Below the pieces are notes generated by a model that saw nothing but the letters and a program-made list of their open reading frames with translations, did no database searches and was not told where the DNA came from. A program made the position numbers and the translations under genes. DNA of 64,000 nt from Psammoneis japonica (taxonomy: Eukaryota), in NCBI GenBank assembly GCA_008632985.1, contig QPGO01000035.1, positions 49,899 to 113,898 of the forward strand. Direction: 5' to 3'. Below are positions 50,850 through 63,096 of the stretch, piece by piece; the stretch's first letter is position 1, and each line of letters begins with the position of its first letter.

Positions 50850-52755
50850 TGAGTGACATTCAGTCTCCTGTCATTTGCTCAAGGTGTGGCTCACAACTGG
50901 GTCTGGCCCTGGTTGGCTTGGGCGCTGCTTTTGTGCTCACATCTTGCATTGCACGGGAGACATGGCACCAGCTCAAGCTCTGGCATCAGCACCAGCAGCA
51001 GCAGAGGTCAATGATGATGTGTTCCAGATGTGTGGCATTGTTGACATTTGTGCAGGGGCTTGTTTGGTGCTCCACGATGGGCTCGAGAGGACTCTGGGAA
51101 ATGCTGCAGTTGTGGAGAGCAACTCGGGTGTTGAAGAAATGGCAAACAGAGTGGGGCAGCATGTGGCAGCAGAGATGGAAGGATTGTCCTTGGCTCTTTC
51201 CAGATTAAGAACTTGCAGGCACTTGCATGGTGGCCACATGATTGTCAGAAACACAGTTGGCTGTTGGATGCTGTGGTGTTCACTGAGGCTGCAATGGACA
51301 TGGCACAAGAGCAGAAGCATGTGGAAAAGGATGGGGTTGAGTCTGATGCCATGGTTGGTGGCTTGCCAGCATTCAAGGCCAAAGATTCCTGTGTGATGGA
51401 AGATGCATTCTTGAATCTCTTGGCACAGATGGTTGGTGCACTTGGGGTGCCTTTGCAACATGTGGCAGCAAGACTGGTGGCAGCTCCGGCAGCATTTTCA
51501 GACACTGAAGAGGAAAGGATTTTTGAATCAAGTCTGGCTGGATGGAGAGGCTTTTGATGTGGACAATTGTGCTGTTTGTTGTCTGTTGAAAGAGCATTTG
51601 CTCAACACAAAAGGACAGACTTGGGTTGAAAGTTGTGACAACATGGAGAGTGAGAGCAATGTGTTCTGGGCATGGGCTGATCATTGCAATGGCCAATGGC
51701 CAAGGCGAGCTGAGCAAGTGCACACAACTCATGTTGGCAAATGTCAGAACATCACACTGCAAGAACTGTTGGTGCTTGTTGTTTGAGTGGCACACAGCAA
51801 AGTCAACCCAAGGCTTTTGCAACCCCTTGGACAAGGACAAGGATGAGTGCAACACAGAAAAGAAGAAATGTCCTGTCAAGTGGGGTCAAGACAGATGATG
51901 TTTGACTGCAGCCTTGAACATCCACTGTCAGTCAGCAGCATCCTTCTTGCAGCATTGCTGGTGCTTGTGCATTCTTCTCTGCATGACTTTCTCATTTGCA
52001 GCCATGGGCCAGCTCAGTGGGAGCAACAGCATTGCTTGAAGTGCAAGATCTCAAAAGCATGTTGCATTGGTGGACCAGGCAGGGGTTTTACAAGAGATGG
52101 TGGTTGCAGTTCTCAAGGCAGCAGAGGCCATGGACAGGGCCATCATGGTGGTGTCATTGAGGATGGAACCAAGGATGAGGCACCATGGTTGATGGTGTGG
52201 ACATGAGCAACCAGACTTGTGCATCTTCCTGGATGTGTGGCAAAAAAGTTAAGGTTCAATGGTGGTCAAGCTTGTGTCGTGCAAGCTCAGAAGCATGTGG
52301 GTGCATGCAGCCAAGGAAATGGTCATGGTGCACAGCATGACCCCCATGTGGCAGTCAAGGAAGCCCCAATGTGGCAGCTGGATCCCAGAACAACAGCAAC
52401 ATGGTTGACCAACAACAGCAGGCAACATGCAGCAGCAACAATGGCAGATGTGGCAGAGGAAATGAGAATGACAAAGGTGGCAGGCATGGAATGTTGTTTG
52501 GTCATGGAGCCCACAGGTGTGCAGGCATGTGACATCAGCAATGTTTGCTTGTTGTGTGCATGTTCTGGCATTGTCTTTTTGCCATTGTTGCCACTCTCAT
52601 CTCAACCCCACACCCAAACAGCACTCAAGTGAAAACTCACAAGGTCTCAATGTTTTCAAAGTGCACAACAAGATCTCTCAACGTGACACATGTCTTGAGC
52701 AACATGACACCAGGTCATGTGTCCCTGAAACAAATGTGACACCCATGCTGGTGCT
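50850..52755 (+). mobile_element. Old relic of the same copia family as 31298-38161 (gag to protease start)
   Basis: Translations VFQMCGIVD..NAAVVESNSGVEEMA, QALAWW, EDAFLNLLAQ..GAL..PLQHVA and CLLKEHL...G..W.E align with the gag at 36310-37565; tgtgacacccatgc (CDTHA) near 52740. Confidence 0.8.
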
Positions 52756-52769
52756 TGTCATCTCAAATG

Positions 52770-54650
52770 TGCTGTGATTGATGACCTCTCTCAAAGGTGT
52801 GCCACCTCACCCGGCAACACCTTGACTGCAAAAAGGGCACAATGCTTGAATCAGGAGCATGCACACAGGTTCATGAAAGGAGGAGTGCAACAGTCCAACA
52901 CTTGCCTGTGCGCTGCTGGGGGGCAATTTGTTTGGGATCAAACAAGGAGTGAGGCCACTGTTTCATGTCACCTCACCACCAGCAAAAGAGCCACAAGAAA
53001 CTGCTGGACAGCCATGCCCATGCTGCCCAATGCCACCCAACAAGCCAGGCAATTGGTGCCAACCAGTGTGTGCCATGCACTCTCATGTTTGCTTGCAGCT
53101 GCAGCCACACAAGCTGCCCAATCACCCTGCAGAAGTTGACAATGACCATGACCCAGATGACAACTCCTTCACCAACACCAGCTTGGGCAGCTGTGCATCT
53201 GATGACCCACCTGTGACTGACATTGCTGCTGAAAGCACTGGAGCAAGAAGCACCAAGAACCCAGGATTTGGGGCCACAGACAAAGAGAGCTTGGATCACT
53301 TGGCTGAAAAACCAGCAGATGAAAGCATTGTCATGGGTCCAGAAGCAAGCCAACAACAAGAGGCCAAGCAATGTGATGACATGGGCTGAGCTCCAAACCT
53401 CTTGTTCCTGGCCAGCCTTGAGCCAATCATAAAAGCCAGAGCACATTGATGACTTGGATGATGAGACAGCTCTTCACCAGATCTGCTGGAGGCGTGAAGC
53501 GCAAGAAGAACTCTGACTTGGATGACAAAGAAGAGGTTGGTGACAGACCAGACTTGTGGCTGAGGACATGGACCACAGATGCAGATGGTGGGATCACAAG
53601 ACTGCAGCCTTTGTGCCCACAAGAAGCATGATGACTGCAGCCGCAGATGTGGCACAAGGAGTTGGGTGGATGGCTCCATCTCATGGCACATCACACTTTG
53701 ATGACCCAGTGGGGGCCCTTTTCCACACTGAGCAGATGTCTGTGACAAAAAGACTGAAGCCATTTGGCAGAGGAGGTGTGGACAAAGCTGTGGTTACAAA
53801 AATGAAACAGCTGGGCTGCAGAAGTGCAGTCCAGCCCATGTTTGCCAGCAAGGATGTCACCAGAGAGCAAAACAGGGGCACAATTTGACACATCTGGTGT
53901 GCTCAGAGCAAAGGTGAGATGCGGCATCATTTTAAACATGGCAGGGGCTGTGCTGATGGGAGAAGCAGCCATTGCACAAGTTGAGGGACAAGACCTCAGC
54001 TCAAACAGCAAGTGATCACACCCAGTTCTTGACAGCTGCCACAGATGCCCAAGAGAACTGCAAGTGATGATGGCCAGTGCACATGGATGAGTTGACACAC
54101 ATGTGCCTGCAGGGTAAAATGGCAGAGAATTGCTGTGCTGAGTTGACCCAAGGAAATGTCAACAACTTGCAGCCATGTGGAAAAAGGAAAGCTTGTGCCT
54201 CATGTTTGACTCAAGAAGGGTCTGTGTGTCACCCACGTTTCTGTGCAAAACCTGGGATTCAAGACACAAACCCATGGCTGGCACACTGCAAACAAGACAA
54301 TCAAATGGCAACCAATGCACAATCATGTGGCACATGTCAATGACCTGAAACTGTCACATGCCAAACAACAAGCTCTGGAGAACTTCTTTGTGGAGGCCCT
54401 CTCAAAGAATCAAAGCAAACAAGCAAGGAGAGACACACCCATCACCATCCGTTGTGGCAAGGTCCATGGCTACCTTGAAATGACCTTGGGCTGCTCAGAG
54501 CATGGAAAGGTTGAGTTTGCCATGAAAGTCCATGCAGCCAGAGAGCCAGAGCACCAGAGGAGGCTCTGGAGGATGTGGGTGGCATTGCATCTGATCCTGC
54601 ATGCACTGGAATTTGTTTGTTGCAAGCAAGCAGTCTGCAGCTGAAGAAAT
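52770..54650 (+). mobile_element. Degenerate copia relic (IN-RT linker and RT)
   Basis: KRLKPFG..GVDKAVV..MKQL, HVNDLKLSH (HVDDLKISH) and RCGKVHGYLEMTL..SE.GKV resemble diatom copia RT. Confidence 0.65.
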
Positions 54651-54827
54651 TTCACGTCCTGTAGCCTGCCAGATGCCAGCTCATGCTGGAAGCCGCACAA
54701 TGATTTGTCATCGAGCTGCTGTATAGGCAACCGACTGTTTCCAGTGAGCATGATAAAGGAGAGCACAACTACAAAGAAAATCTGGTTTTATCTAATAAAA
54801 TGCTAAGTAGACACAGGCTGTCACAAA

Positions 54828-56342
54828 TTAATTGACATTGTGGTATTGCACATCCAACGACCGACCGTGGAAAGGAAGCCCGTCTTTCCTCGTCACATCA
54901 AACACATGACCAGTGTTTTGAAAGGCAAAGTACATGTGGTGCCCACCAGGACTAAACGCTAAAGCGGTCGTTTCTGACTTGTACAGCTCTTTGTCGCCTT
55001 CAAGTATCGTAAAAAAATGCCCTTCACTGTTTCGACCGTGAATCCCACCGTTGGTTCCCCCGATGCGTTCTTCGGTCATGTAAAGAATCTGATCGCCATC
55101 GTCATCCGCCAGAATCCGTTGAATCTGATCAGCTGAACCCTCAAACACGCCATGAACTGTCGATTGTCTCGTAAACGTCATGGCGTCAAGGTCGAGCATG
55201 TAGAGAACTTTTCGTTTCTTTGTTACAAAATAGAGCATGTTATCCACGCGATCAATCGCTTCGCTCTCTGGGAAATATAGGCGTGCACTCTCCTTTCCTT
55301 CCTCCCGATCCGAAACCCATTCGAACTTCCCCCCGGACATTGATGTATTGCTGGGATTGTCAGGATATAAGAACAAGAAATCTAAGTCACCTTCACCATG
55401 AAGAATGGACCACGGATCCTTCCACTTCGGACGTTTGGGTGTCCATCGCCTCAAGGCACCTAAAGGATGATCGACTGTTGCAAAGAAGCGAGGACGTTTT
55501 TTATCGCGATCATCATAGGCGAACGATTCAAACCGTTCTCCATCCAACCCCATGGTCATTTTTTCTGCCTTTCTGGCACCGGATGGATGCACTTGGTAGA
55601 TTTGTCCGCGGTATCCAGCCTCACCAGGTAAACACTCTTCGCATGAAGCCCATGTATCCCATGGCGTTCGACCGCCACCACAATTCATTGTAGTGCCAGA
55701 AAGCAAATTTTTATAATTGAGAATATTTCCATTTTTATCGAATGTAATGGCTCCGACTCCACCCTTTCCACTTTGCTTCATTTCAGAATTGATAACATAA
55801 TTCCACCCACCATTATTACCTTGCGAAGTGTCTTTAAACGTGGCTCCGAAATCTGGACGACCATGAAACGGAATCGAGGATTTGCCACCGTTATGAAAAT
55901 CGACAGGATCTCCGCTTTTGGCAATGATTTTCGCAGTGAGTCCTTGTGAAAGAAACAAACCAACCTCGTAACCATTCAAGAGTCCTGGGCGATAGGTAAT
56001 AGTTTCCGCTTCGTCGTCGGGAGGAGGGTCTGGCGGTTCTTCTTCTTCTTCTTGGCCAAGGCAAGCTGGAGATTGATGGTCTTTGCAATTACCCCAATCC
56101 TCATCGTCGGGACTCTTGATCATACACCACGTTGTGTGCCAGCCCGCCATTGTACAACCCGTGTACTCTACCCCCTCGTAGAAAAAAGGAAAGATACAGT
56201 CATACACAAAGTCGCCATTGCCACGGTTGTCGGCCTTGCATTGGGCTTGTGCACAAGAGACACAACATAATGCCAAGGACAAAACGAGAGAGAAACCACA
56301 AAAATGAGTTCGTAGCGGTGGTTGACGGTGTTTTGCCGCCAT
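54828..56342 (-). CDS. Secreted PhoX-like (DUF839) alkaline phosphatase family protein with an N-terminal fibronectin type II domain
   Basis: Signal peptide; CIFPFFYEGVEYTGCT..W..WC....WGNC (FN2); NCGGGRTPWDTWASCEE, NSE, and SETTALAFSPGG..MYFAFQ (PhoX-type propeller); intact 504-aa ORF. Confidence 0.8.
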   Translation of the reverse strand: MAAKHRQPPLRTHFCGFSLVLSLALCCVSCAQAQCKADNRGNGDFVYDCIFPFFYEGVEYTGCTMAGWHTTWCMIKSPDDEDWGNCKDHQSPACLGQEEEEEPPDPPPDDEAETITYRPGLLNGYEVGLFLSQGLTAKIIAKSGDPVDFHNGGKSSIPFHGRPDFGATFKDTSQGNNGGWNYVINSEMKQSGKGGVGAITFDKNGNILNYKNLLSGTTMNCGGGRTPWDTWASCEECLPGEAGYRGQIYQVHPSGARKAEKMTMGLDGERFESFAYDDRDKKRPRFFATVDHPLGALRRWTPKRPKWKDPWSILHGEGDLDFLFLYPDNPSNTSMSGGKFEWVSDREEGKESARLYFPESEAIDRVDNMLYFVTKKRKVLYMLDLDAMTFTRQSTVHGVFEGSADQIQRILADDDGDQILYMTEERIGGTNGGIHGRNSEGHFFTILEGDKELYKSETTALAFSPGGHHMYFAFQNTGHVFDVTRKDGLPFHGRSLDVQYHNVN

Positions 56343-56926
56343 TGCTCTTTCTAGACACGGTAGCTTCAGGTGCGGTGCAGCAATGTGGTAGGCAACAGGG
56401 TTGGATGGCGACTTGAATCCTTTGAATGCTGGTGGAGTGTGTGCGTGTTTTTGTTGTGTTGAATGTTGAATGCGATGAGTTCATGGTTCATGTTGGTGCT
56501 TCAGCTCGCGAAAAATTCAAAAAAAAAATCGGCAGTCTTACAATAGTATCATCTTCATGACGAAATAATTTAAAATAGGTTAAAATTTGTTATTCAGATC
56601 CTTATACAATATAAATGATGATTGATTCATTGCGATTTCGAAAAATTGGCCGATGGACGCACGTTTGCGCGCGCGCGCGAAGAACCGTATGTACCGTACG
56701 TCAGTCAGCCGGTCGCAGTCTGACCGCCACACCATCAAGCGCGATCCACCCATCACCACCCATCAACAACATCATCCCCATGATCCATGATCTTGCTTTG
56801 CACATGAGGACTGAGACGATACACCTCCCACCGAGAAATACATTAACAAGTCAACCTGAACCTTGTTGCTACGTTTGCAGTGCTACCTGTTGAAGAAATT
56901 CAAATCCTTTCTAAAAATCGAAAAAG

Positions 56927-58170
56927 ATGACGACGGATTTTTGTTTGTCACGCGTATTATCGGTGTTGTTGCTATTGGCTTTTCCAGTAGTCGCGGCGCG
57001 TTTATCCACCCACAGCCATTCGAACATAATCATGGGCTTTGTTTCGCCTCCACCCAGACGGGAACAACATCGAAACAAAGCAAAGCAATCACTGTTATTA
57101 TTTTCTTCGTCTCGAAACATGCCCGAAGATTTGTACGCTGCCGTTCATCGCAAAGAGTACGAAATGACCAAAGTCAAACAACAGCACAAGAGCACAACGG
57201 ATCCCGTCAATATGGCCCTGTCGTATGCACAAGAAACACAATCACCCATGAAACTCGCCAAGGCATTGCGGCGTGTGTATGAGGATCCCGATAAGAATCC
57301 AATCATCCACAACACAAACCCAAATCAACAAAGGATGTGGAACGTGAAAACAAGTTAAAGACATTGGCATGGCGGAATTGGGAATGCGACGGGGAAGTTT
57401 TATTGTCGATATCAAACGCAAATCACCGACACATCCGGGAGAGTTGTATGCAAATTTGATGACGCGGGCATGGTGGCACAAGCCATGGTGGGTTTGGGTG
57501 CCGATGTCGTGTTTGTCAATGTCGATTACCCCGGCTACGGTGGAGACATGACGGAACTCAAAGCTGCCGTACGGGCCGTCAAGAAGGTATCTAAAACGGC
57601 AGCCGTGGTAATGAAGGATATTGTTGTCGATGAAATCCAGCTTGGACTTGCCAAGGAAGCCGGAGCGGACGGGATCTTGTTGATTGCCAGTGTGTTGGGA
57701 CCGGCTCTGGATAACTTTTTGAATACGGCCACATTGATTGGATTGGAGACCATTGTGGAATGCCACACGCGAAATGAAGTGCAACGTGCCTTGGACGCCT
57801 TGGCCCCAACGATAATGGTGAATAACTACGATCGCTGACGGGAGAATGTCACGATCAACAAGCCATCAAATTGGCAGGCATGTTTCCCGGTTCGGGTGGT
57901 CCCATTATATGTATAGCGGGGGGCGGAATTGAAACGACGGACCAAATGAAGAAACACTTGCGGTTGGCTATGATGGCATTGTGGTGGGAAGGGCGTCATG
58001 GGCAGTCCCCGAGCACCCGAGTTTATCCGGGCAGTGCGGGATCGAACGCTCCTGCCGCCGAGTTTTCGCAGTGGGGATTGGATGATGTCGAGTTTGATAT
58101 GGATGGCAATGTCATGCCCGGACCCAAATCAGATACACCCAATCCAGATGATGCAAACGCATATCAATAA
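56927..58170 (+). CDS. Indole-3-glycerol-phosphate-synthase-like TIM-barrel protein, probably plastid targeted (several apparent frameshifts)
   Basis: FIVDIKRKSPT, KDIVVDEIQL..AKEAGADGILLIA, GLETIVECH..NEV.RAL; signal peptide plus transit-like segment; frame breaks at about 57350, 57450, 57835 and 57960-58060. Confidence 0.75.
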
Positions 58171-58249
58171 AACCACTAGTAGAGCTTCAGTACTTCGCAA
58201 CATATGCGTGTATGCCATTAAAATTGATCTGTTCTTTTTACTACACACG

Positions 58250-59231
58250 TCATGGCATGAGCATAGGTCCCAACCCTCCTTTGGAATCTTGTTTGTAAAT
58301 GTAAACACGAAATCCAAACCGTCCCAACTGTGTCTTTATTTCAGGATCAAAGTCCAAAACAACCTCCACCCGCGCCAGCTGTCGAACAAAGGCTACACGA
58401 CCTGTAATCGATCGTGACGCAACCACCCGGTGATCTGGCAACACTTCCATTGGTATATAGTTGTCCGCTGCATCCCTGGCATTGCCACGTAACTTTAATA
58501 CGGTATTCTTTAATAACTCTGCATCCATCTTGTTTTGTTCTTCTTGTGACAAGGTCCCATCATCGCTGTCGTTCTTGTCACCAAAATTCAACATGACCAT
58601 GAGATTGTAATAGGTTCCCAACAAGTACAAGACACGACGTAATTTGGAACAATCAACATTGTCTCGTTGTAAGGAAACCACCACAGTGCTACCTCTGGAT
58701 GGCGGTGATGATGATGCTGATGCATCGCTGCTCAGAGCCAAGAGTCGCGCCATGACTCGTGCTCGATCGCGCGGTTGGCTGCCACCACGTCTTGATTGTT
58801 GTTGAATAATTAGCAGCCCGTCCGTGACGAAAGGGTACCAAACCATCTACAAGTATACCGACACCACCCAATCCGGCTTGTCGCATCGAGTTGGGATTCA
58901 CATGAGATGGGCATTTGTCATTGCAAAGCGAAGCGAGAATACTGTCACCATCATCGTCGCGGCGGCTCGTGCTTGCTGCCACAGCAGCAGCACGTCCTGT
59001 TGCTTGCTGCGGCTGCGGACGGCGTGCATGACGAGCTGCGTCATTGTGATTTGCATTTCTCGGTGCCACTGTATTGTTGGTCTGTACTACTTGACGATCA
59101 CCACCGCCACCGACATTTAAAATGGGTTTGAGTAACAAGTAATAAATACCAGCAGAAATCAAACCGAAAACCGCGAGAGTTGTCAGAAGCGAGAAAAGGT
59201 CGCCTTGTTGTGTGGTCGATTCTTCTGTCAT
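58250..59231 (-). CDS. PEX22-like peroxisomal membrane protein (frameshift near 58800-58850)
   Basis: N-terminal TM LLTTLAVFGLISAGIYYLLL; C-terminal HRVVASRSITGRVAFVRQL....LDFDPEIKTQLGRF resembles plant PEX22 (GR.SFVRQL.P.WHID..PEI..QL.RF). Confidence 0.6.
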
Positions 59232-60315
59232 GTTAAAAAAGTGCCACAGCGTCACACGATGAATAGGAATACCAATGGCAGCAACAAAACACAGATGGAT
59301 GGGTATGGTAACCACAACACACAACACTCCCAAAACCCAAGAGGCCAACTTTGTTGTGTGTGCGTCGTTACTGTATTGTTCGGACATGTGCATGCGACTG
59401 ACGAAGCACGAACGAACACTTCGCTGCGGATGTACCGTACGATGGTCAGAAGTTCGACTTTTCGGTATGGTTGGGTCGAATGAGTCGATACGTCGAAATC
59501 CAAGAACAAAAGAAGAACGACGCGACGTCAGACCTTTGACGTCAGCAATTTTTCTGATCGTGGATAAGTTGAACTCCCTGATCGTGCATAAATTGAAGTT
59601 CCTGATCGTGCATTAGTTGAAGTTACGATTTCTGTAGGAAGCTACGGTTTCTCGGTACAAGCTCGCTTTGAGAACTCAAAGAACAATATCTGGATTGCAT
59701 CGGAGACAAGAACAATGATGTCATTTTTCCGATGGTCTTTTTCTAATTTAGGTTCACTTAACCCACAAATAATTCATTATTTGTTTTCTGTCAGAATCTT
59801 AAACATTTTGATCATACGTATTTAACTTCTTGAAAGAAAACCAAGTGCAACCAATTTAACGATTTATCTTTTTCAGTATGTGCAAATTATATTAAGTTTA
59901 TATATACTTGATAAGTAGATAACTTGTCTAAATCGCTATAATTGCCCTGACTAATATTGTCAGTCCGATGTCTGGTTCAGATATGACTCAATCCTACGTG
60001 TCATCGATGTATCATTTGTACGGCAAACTTATACGTCTTTTCTACGTGATGTCAATACGGAATGTGACATCCATCGGACTAACTCTGACAGAAGCTGGGG
60101 GCAATGGGAATGCCACCGGGTCTTCGATGATACTCGCGTCGTCGACTTTGTTGATGTCGTAATTTTTGTACTGGACGCTACGTAGGATGTTGTGTTTCTT
60201 CATGAAATTCTCACAGTCCCTGTCAAACCACTTCAATCGCACAAAACGCGCCTGTATCAAATCTTGCCCCGGTGTCATTTTCGCAAAGAAACGAACAAAG
60301 GTACACTCCGGATCC

Positions 60316-61958
60316 ATGTTACTGGCAATGCAAATAATGAACTCTCATCCTTCTTCTGGTATGAATGGCATGAACGATCAAGTACCTCCCGGCCTTCGAG
60401 CGAGTTATCCCGATCCTCAAGAAGGATCTTTTGTCGGAGCGTCACAAGGAGTTCTTTCGACTTCTGCAGTCATGCCACCCTCACCAGGTTCAACATCGGG
60501 CGCAGACTATGTTGCTCCTGTCGTTCCTCCAGCCATGTTGGCGGCTCCCACTCTCTACTTACCACAGCCACAGCAACTTCCGGCTCGTTATCGCGACTTC
60601 TCTCGTATGCCAATGGAGGCGATTGAAGCAGCTCAAGATGGGCAAGAAAAGAAGAGTTCGAACAACGACGGGAAAGAACCACCCTTCCCCATGAAGCTCT
60701 TCAAGATCCTCGAGAACGAAGCATATTCGGATATTATCACATGGCTTCCTCATGGTCGGTCGTGGCGTGTTCTCAAACCCAAAGCGTTCGAGGAGAAGGT
60801 CATCCCCAAGTATTTTCGTCACACCAAGTACGCTTCTTTCATGAGACAGGTATGTTCCGACACATCTATTGCTTCTTTTGTTTTTGATGATATCATCGAG
60901 ATTCTAACACGTACCTTTTGTCGCCATTGCCTTTAAAGGTGAACGGATGGGGCTTCAAACGCATGACTCAGGGACCTGATCACAACTCTTACTACCACGA
61001 GGTACGAAGAACAAGAGCTGATTTGTCGGGGTTCTCACGTTCCGAATGTCAGAATGGATATCTTTTCTTTTCTTACCACTTTCCTTGTTTCTTTACGATG
61101 TATTATAGATGTTCTTGCGTGGTCTTCCTCAAGTCTGTGCGAAGATGCGAAGGGCTACCAAAACCAAAATCGTCGTGTTGGATACTGGAAACCATCCTGA
61201 TTTCTACAAGCTCAGTATGTTTGCTCCGTTGCCAGGTCAAGGCGAAGACGGAGCATCGAGGGGTGTTGTGAACACAATGAATAACCAGGAAGTGACGGGT
61301 AAAGGGCCTTCCTTGGATGAGACTATGTTGCGTCAAGGAGCAAGCGTTCCCACCAACGTATTACCGATTCCCCGTCCTCTCCCACCTTCTGGTCCGATGA
61401 TGAAGAAGAGTACGTCTTCAACCAATTCCGACGACCTTGAGCAGAACGGTCTCACTCCAAGGTTTAATGAACCAGGCTTGCTTAGAAAGGAAATGGGCTC
61501 CGGAACCGGCACTCTGTCACCTGGCCTTGGTCCTCAGCTACTCACGCCGCAAACTGAGTCGTCTTATATGTTACCACAGCCACGAGGATTGCCCCCAAAG
61601 TGGTTGGCATGATGGCCGTCATCCAGGACTTGCATCCATGCCTCTTGGTGCTGGCGGTGGTGATCCCGTGCTTGCCACTCAAGCTGCCGCTCAGCTGCAA
61701 TACGAGCAGCAGCTCATGGCAGGACAGGGCATGCCCATGGCTTTGCCCCCCACGAACCCTGCTGTCATGGCTCAGCTCCAAAACCAACAAGCGCTTCTCG
61801 CTTCCCAGATTCATCAGCAAGTTCAAATGATGCAGCCATCGCGCCAGGCAGGACGCACATTGCGACCAACCGGAGTGGCACCCCTTCGATGCCTCTTGCG
61901 AGTGGCTCGAGGAATAGTCCTAGTCGTTCCAGTAGCGAGAATGAGAGGAACACGATGA
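60316..61958 (+). CDS. Heat-shock transcription factor (HSF DNA-binding domain), with introns at 60850-60938 and 61002-61108
   Basis: PFPMKLFKIL..IITWLPHGRSW...F...IPKYFRH.KYASFMRQ|VNGWGFKR...SYYHE|MFLRG.P.....MRR, joined in frame across GT..AG introns. Start and 3' end are approximate. Confidence 0.9.
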
Positions 61959-62583
61959 AGAGGAACACGATGACGATGATGAAGAACAGTGAGATACTGG
62001 TTTTGACCTTTTTCAAAACCGTGGTCGTCTTTGGGGCTAGAACGAGTTTTAGATAATTGCATAATTGCGTATTAACTTGATATTTTTGTTTCCAGTTACT
62101 GTATAATGTACCGTAGCGAAACTTTTTGCGCCTCGTCTCAAATCTCAAGAGTAGATATCGTCGAAAGTGCACCTGGGAGCCAAAGTTCTGCACGACTGTG
62201 AAATGGAAAACAATGAAGATGCACCAGCGTGTTCGAGACAGTTATGAGGCTGACGAATGCACAAGTTGACCAGACTAGACATGTAGCACGTGAACCTTTC
62301 TTGTGAATGGGTACATAACGGTTCTATTGCAACTTACGTGAATGAAAAACAAAATCCACACCAACACATGGCACATGTGTACAAAAGCACAACTCATTAG
62401 AGATTAACGCAAAGTAAGAAAGCCTACTTTGACAAATCTATCCTCTATTGTGTTAGAGTGCTACGATATCCATGAAGTTAAAGGGTGCTTATGAATTGAA
62501 AAGAATGAAAAGCCACACATCAATGGGCTCCCATTCCTTCACTAAAGTTCACCACACACAGAGAGAATCACCCATCACGATGC

Positions 62584-63096
62584 TTAGAGCTCCGCCGCAT
62601 CAGCCTGCTTTTGAAGGTAATCCAAAAGCACAGTCAGAGCGCGAGTCTCTTCGCCAAAGTCGGTAATGACGGCACACGAAGTCCTGACGGACTTCTTGAC
62701 GGAACCATCATCGTCGAGCTTGGCTAGACCGCACCAGGCACCCAAGTCCTTTCCAGATTCCACCATGACAACATGGACTTCACCCTCTGCGCAGAGAGCG
62801 CGAATCACTTTTTGTACTCCTCGTTTTCGCAGTCCTTGGCGAGGCAGCAGAGACGAGCGGAACGGCGATCAAGAGCCTTGGCACACTCATGCAAACCCTT
62901 TTTGAGACCATCGTGAATGAGAGCCTTTTTGAGAACCTAAGTTATACAGCAAAAACCAGCGATGTTAGCACGGAGTAGCTTTCTCGAATTTTCAACTTTT
63001 TTCGTTTGCAAAACTCACTTCCTTGAGAGCGTCAAGGACACTCATCTGGACGTCCTCCATCTCAGTGGTAACAGGTTCATCTCCGGCGTCAGACAT
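62584..63096 (-). CDS. RPS12: 40S ribosomal protein S12 (eS12), intron at 62937-63018
   Basis: [39 protein letters not shown]...CCLAKDC...EYKK.IRALC.E....LGAWCGL.KLD.DG...[13 protein letters not shown]; one base missing near 62808. Confidence 0.93.

Noticed and set aside
62800..62815. RPS12 as a pseudogene
   Set aside because: The protein is otherwise fully conserved with an intact intron; one missing base is best explained as sequencing error.
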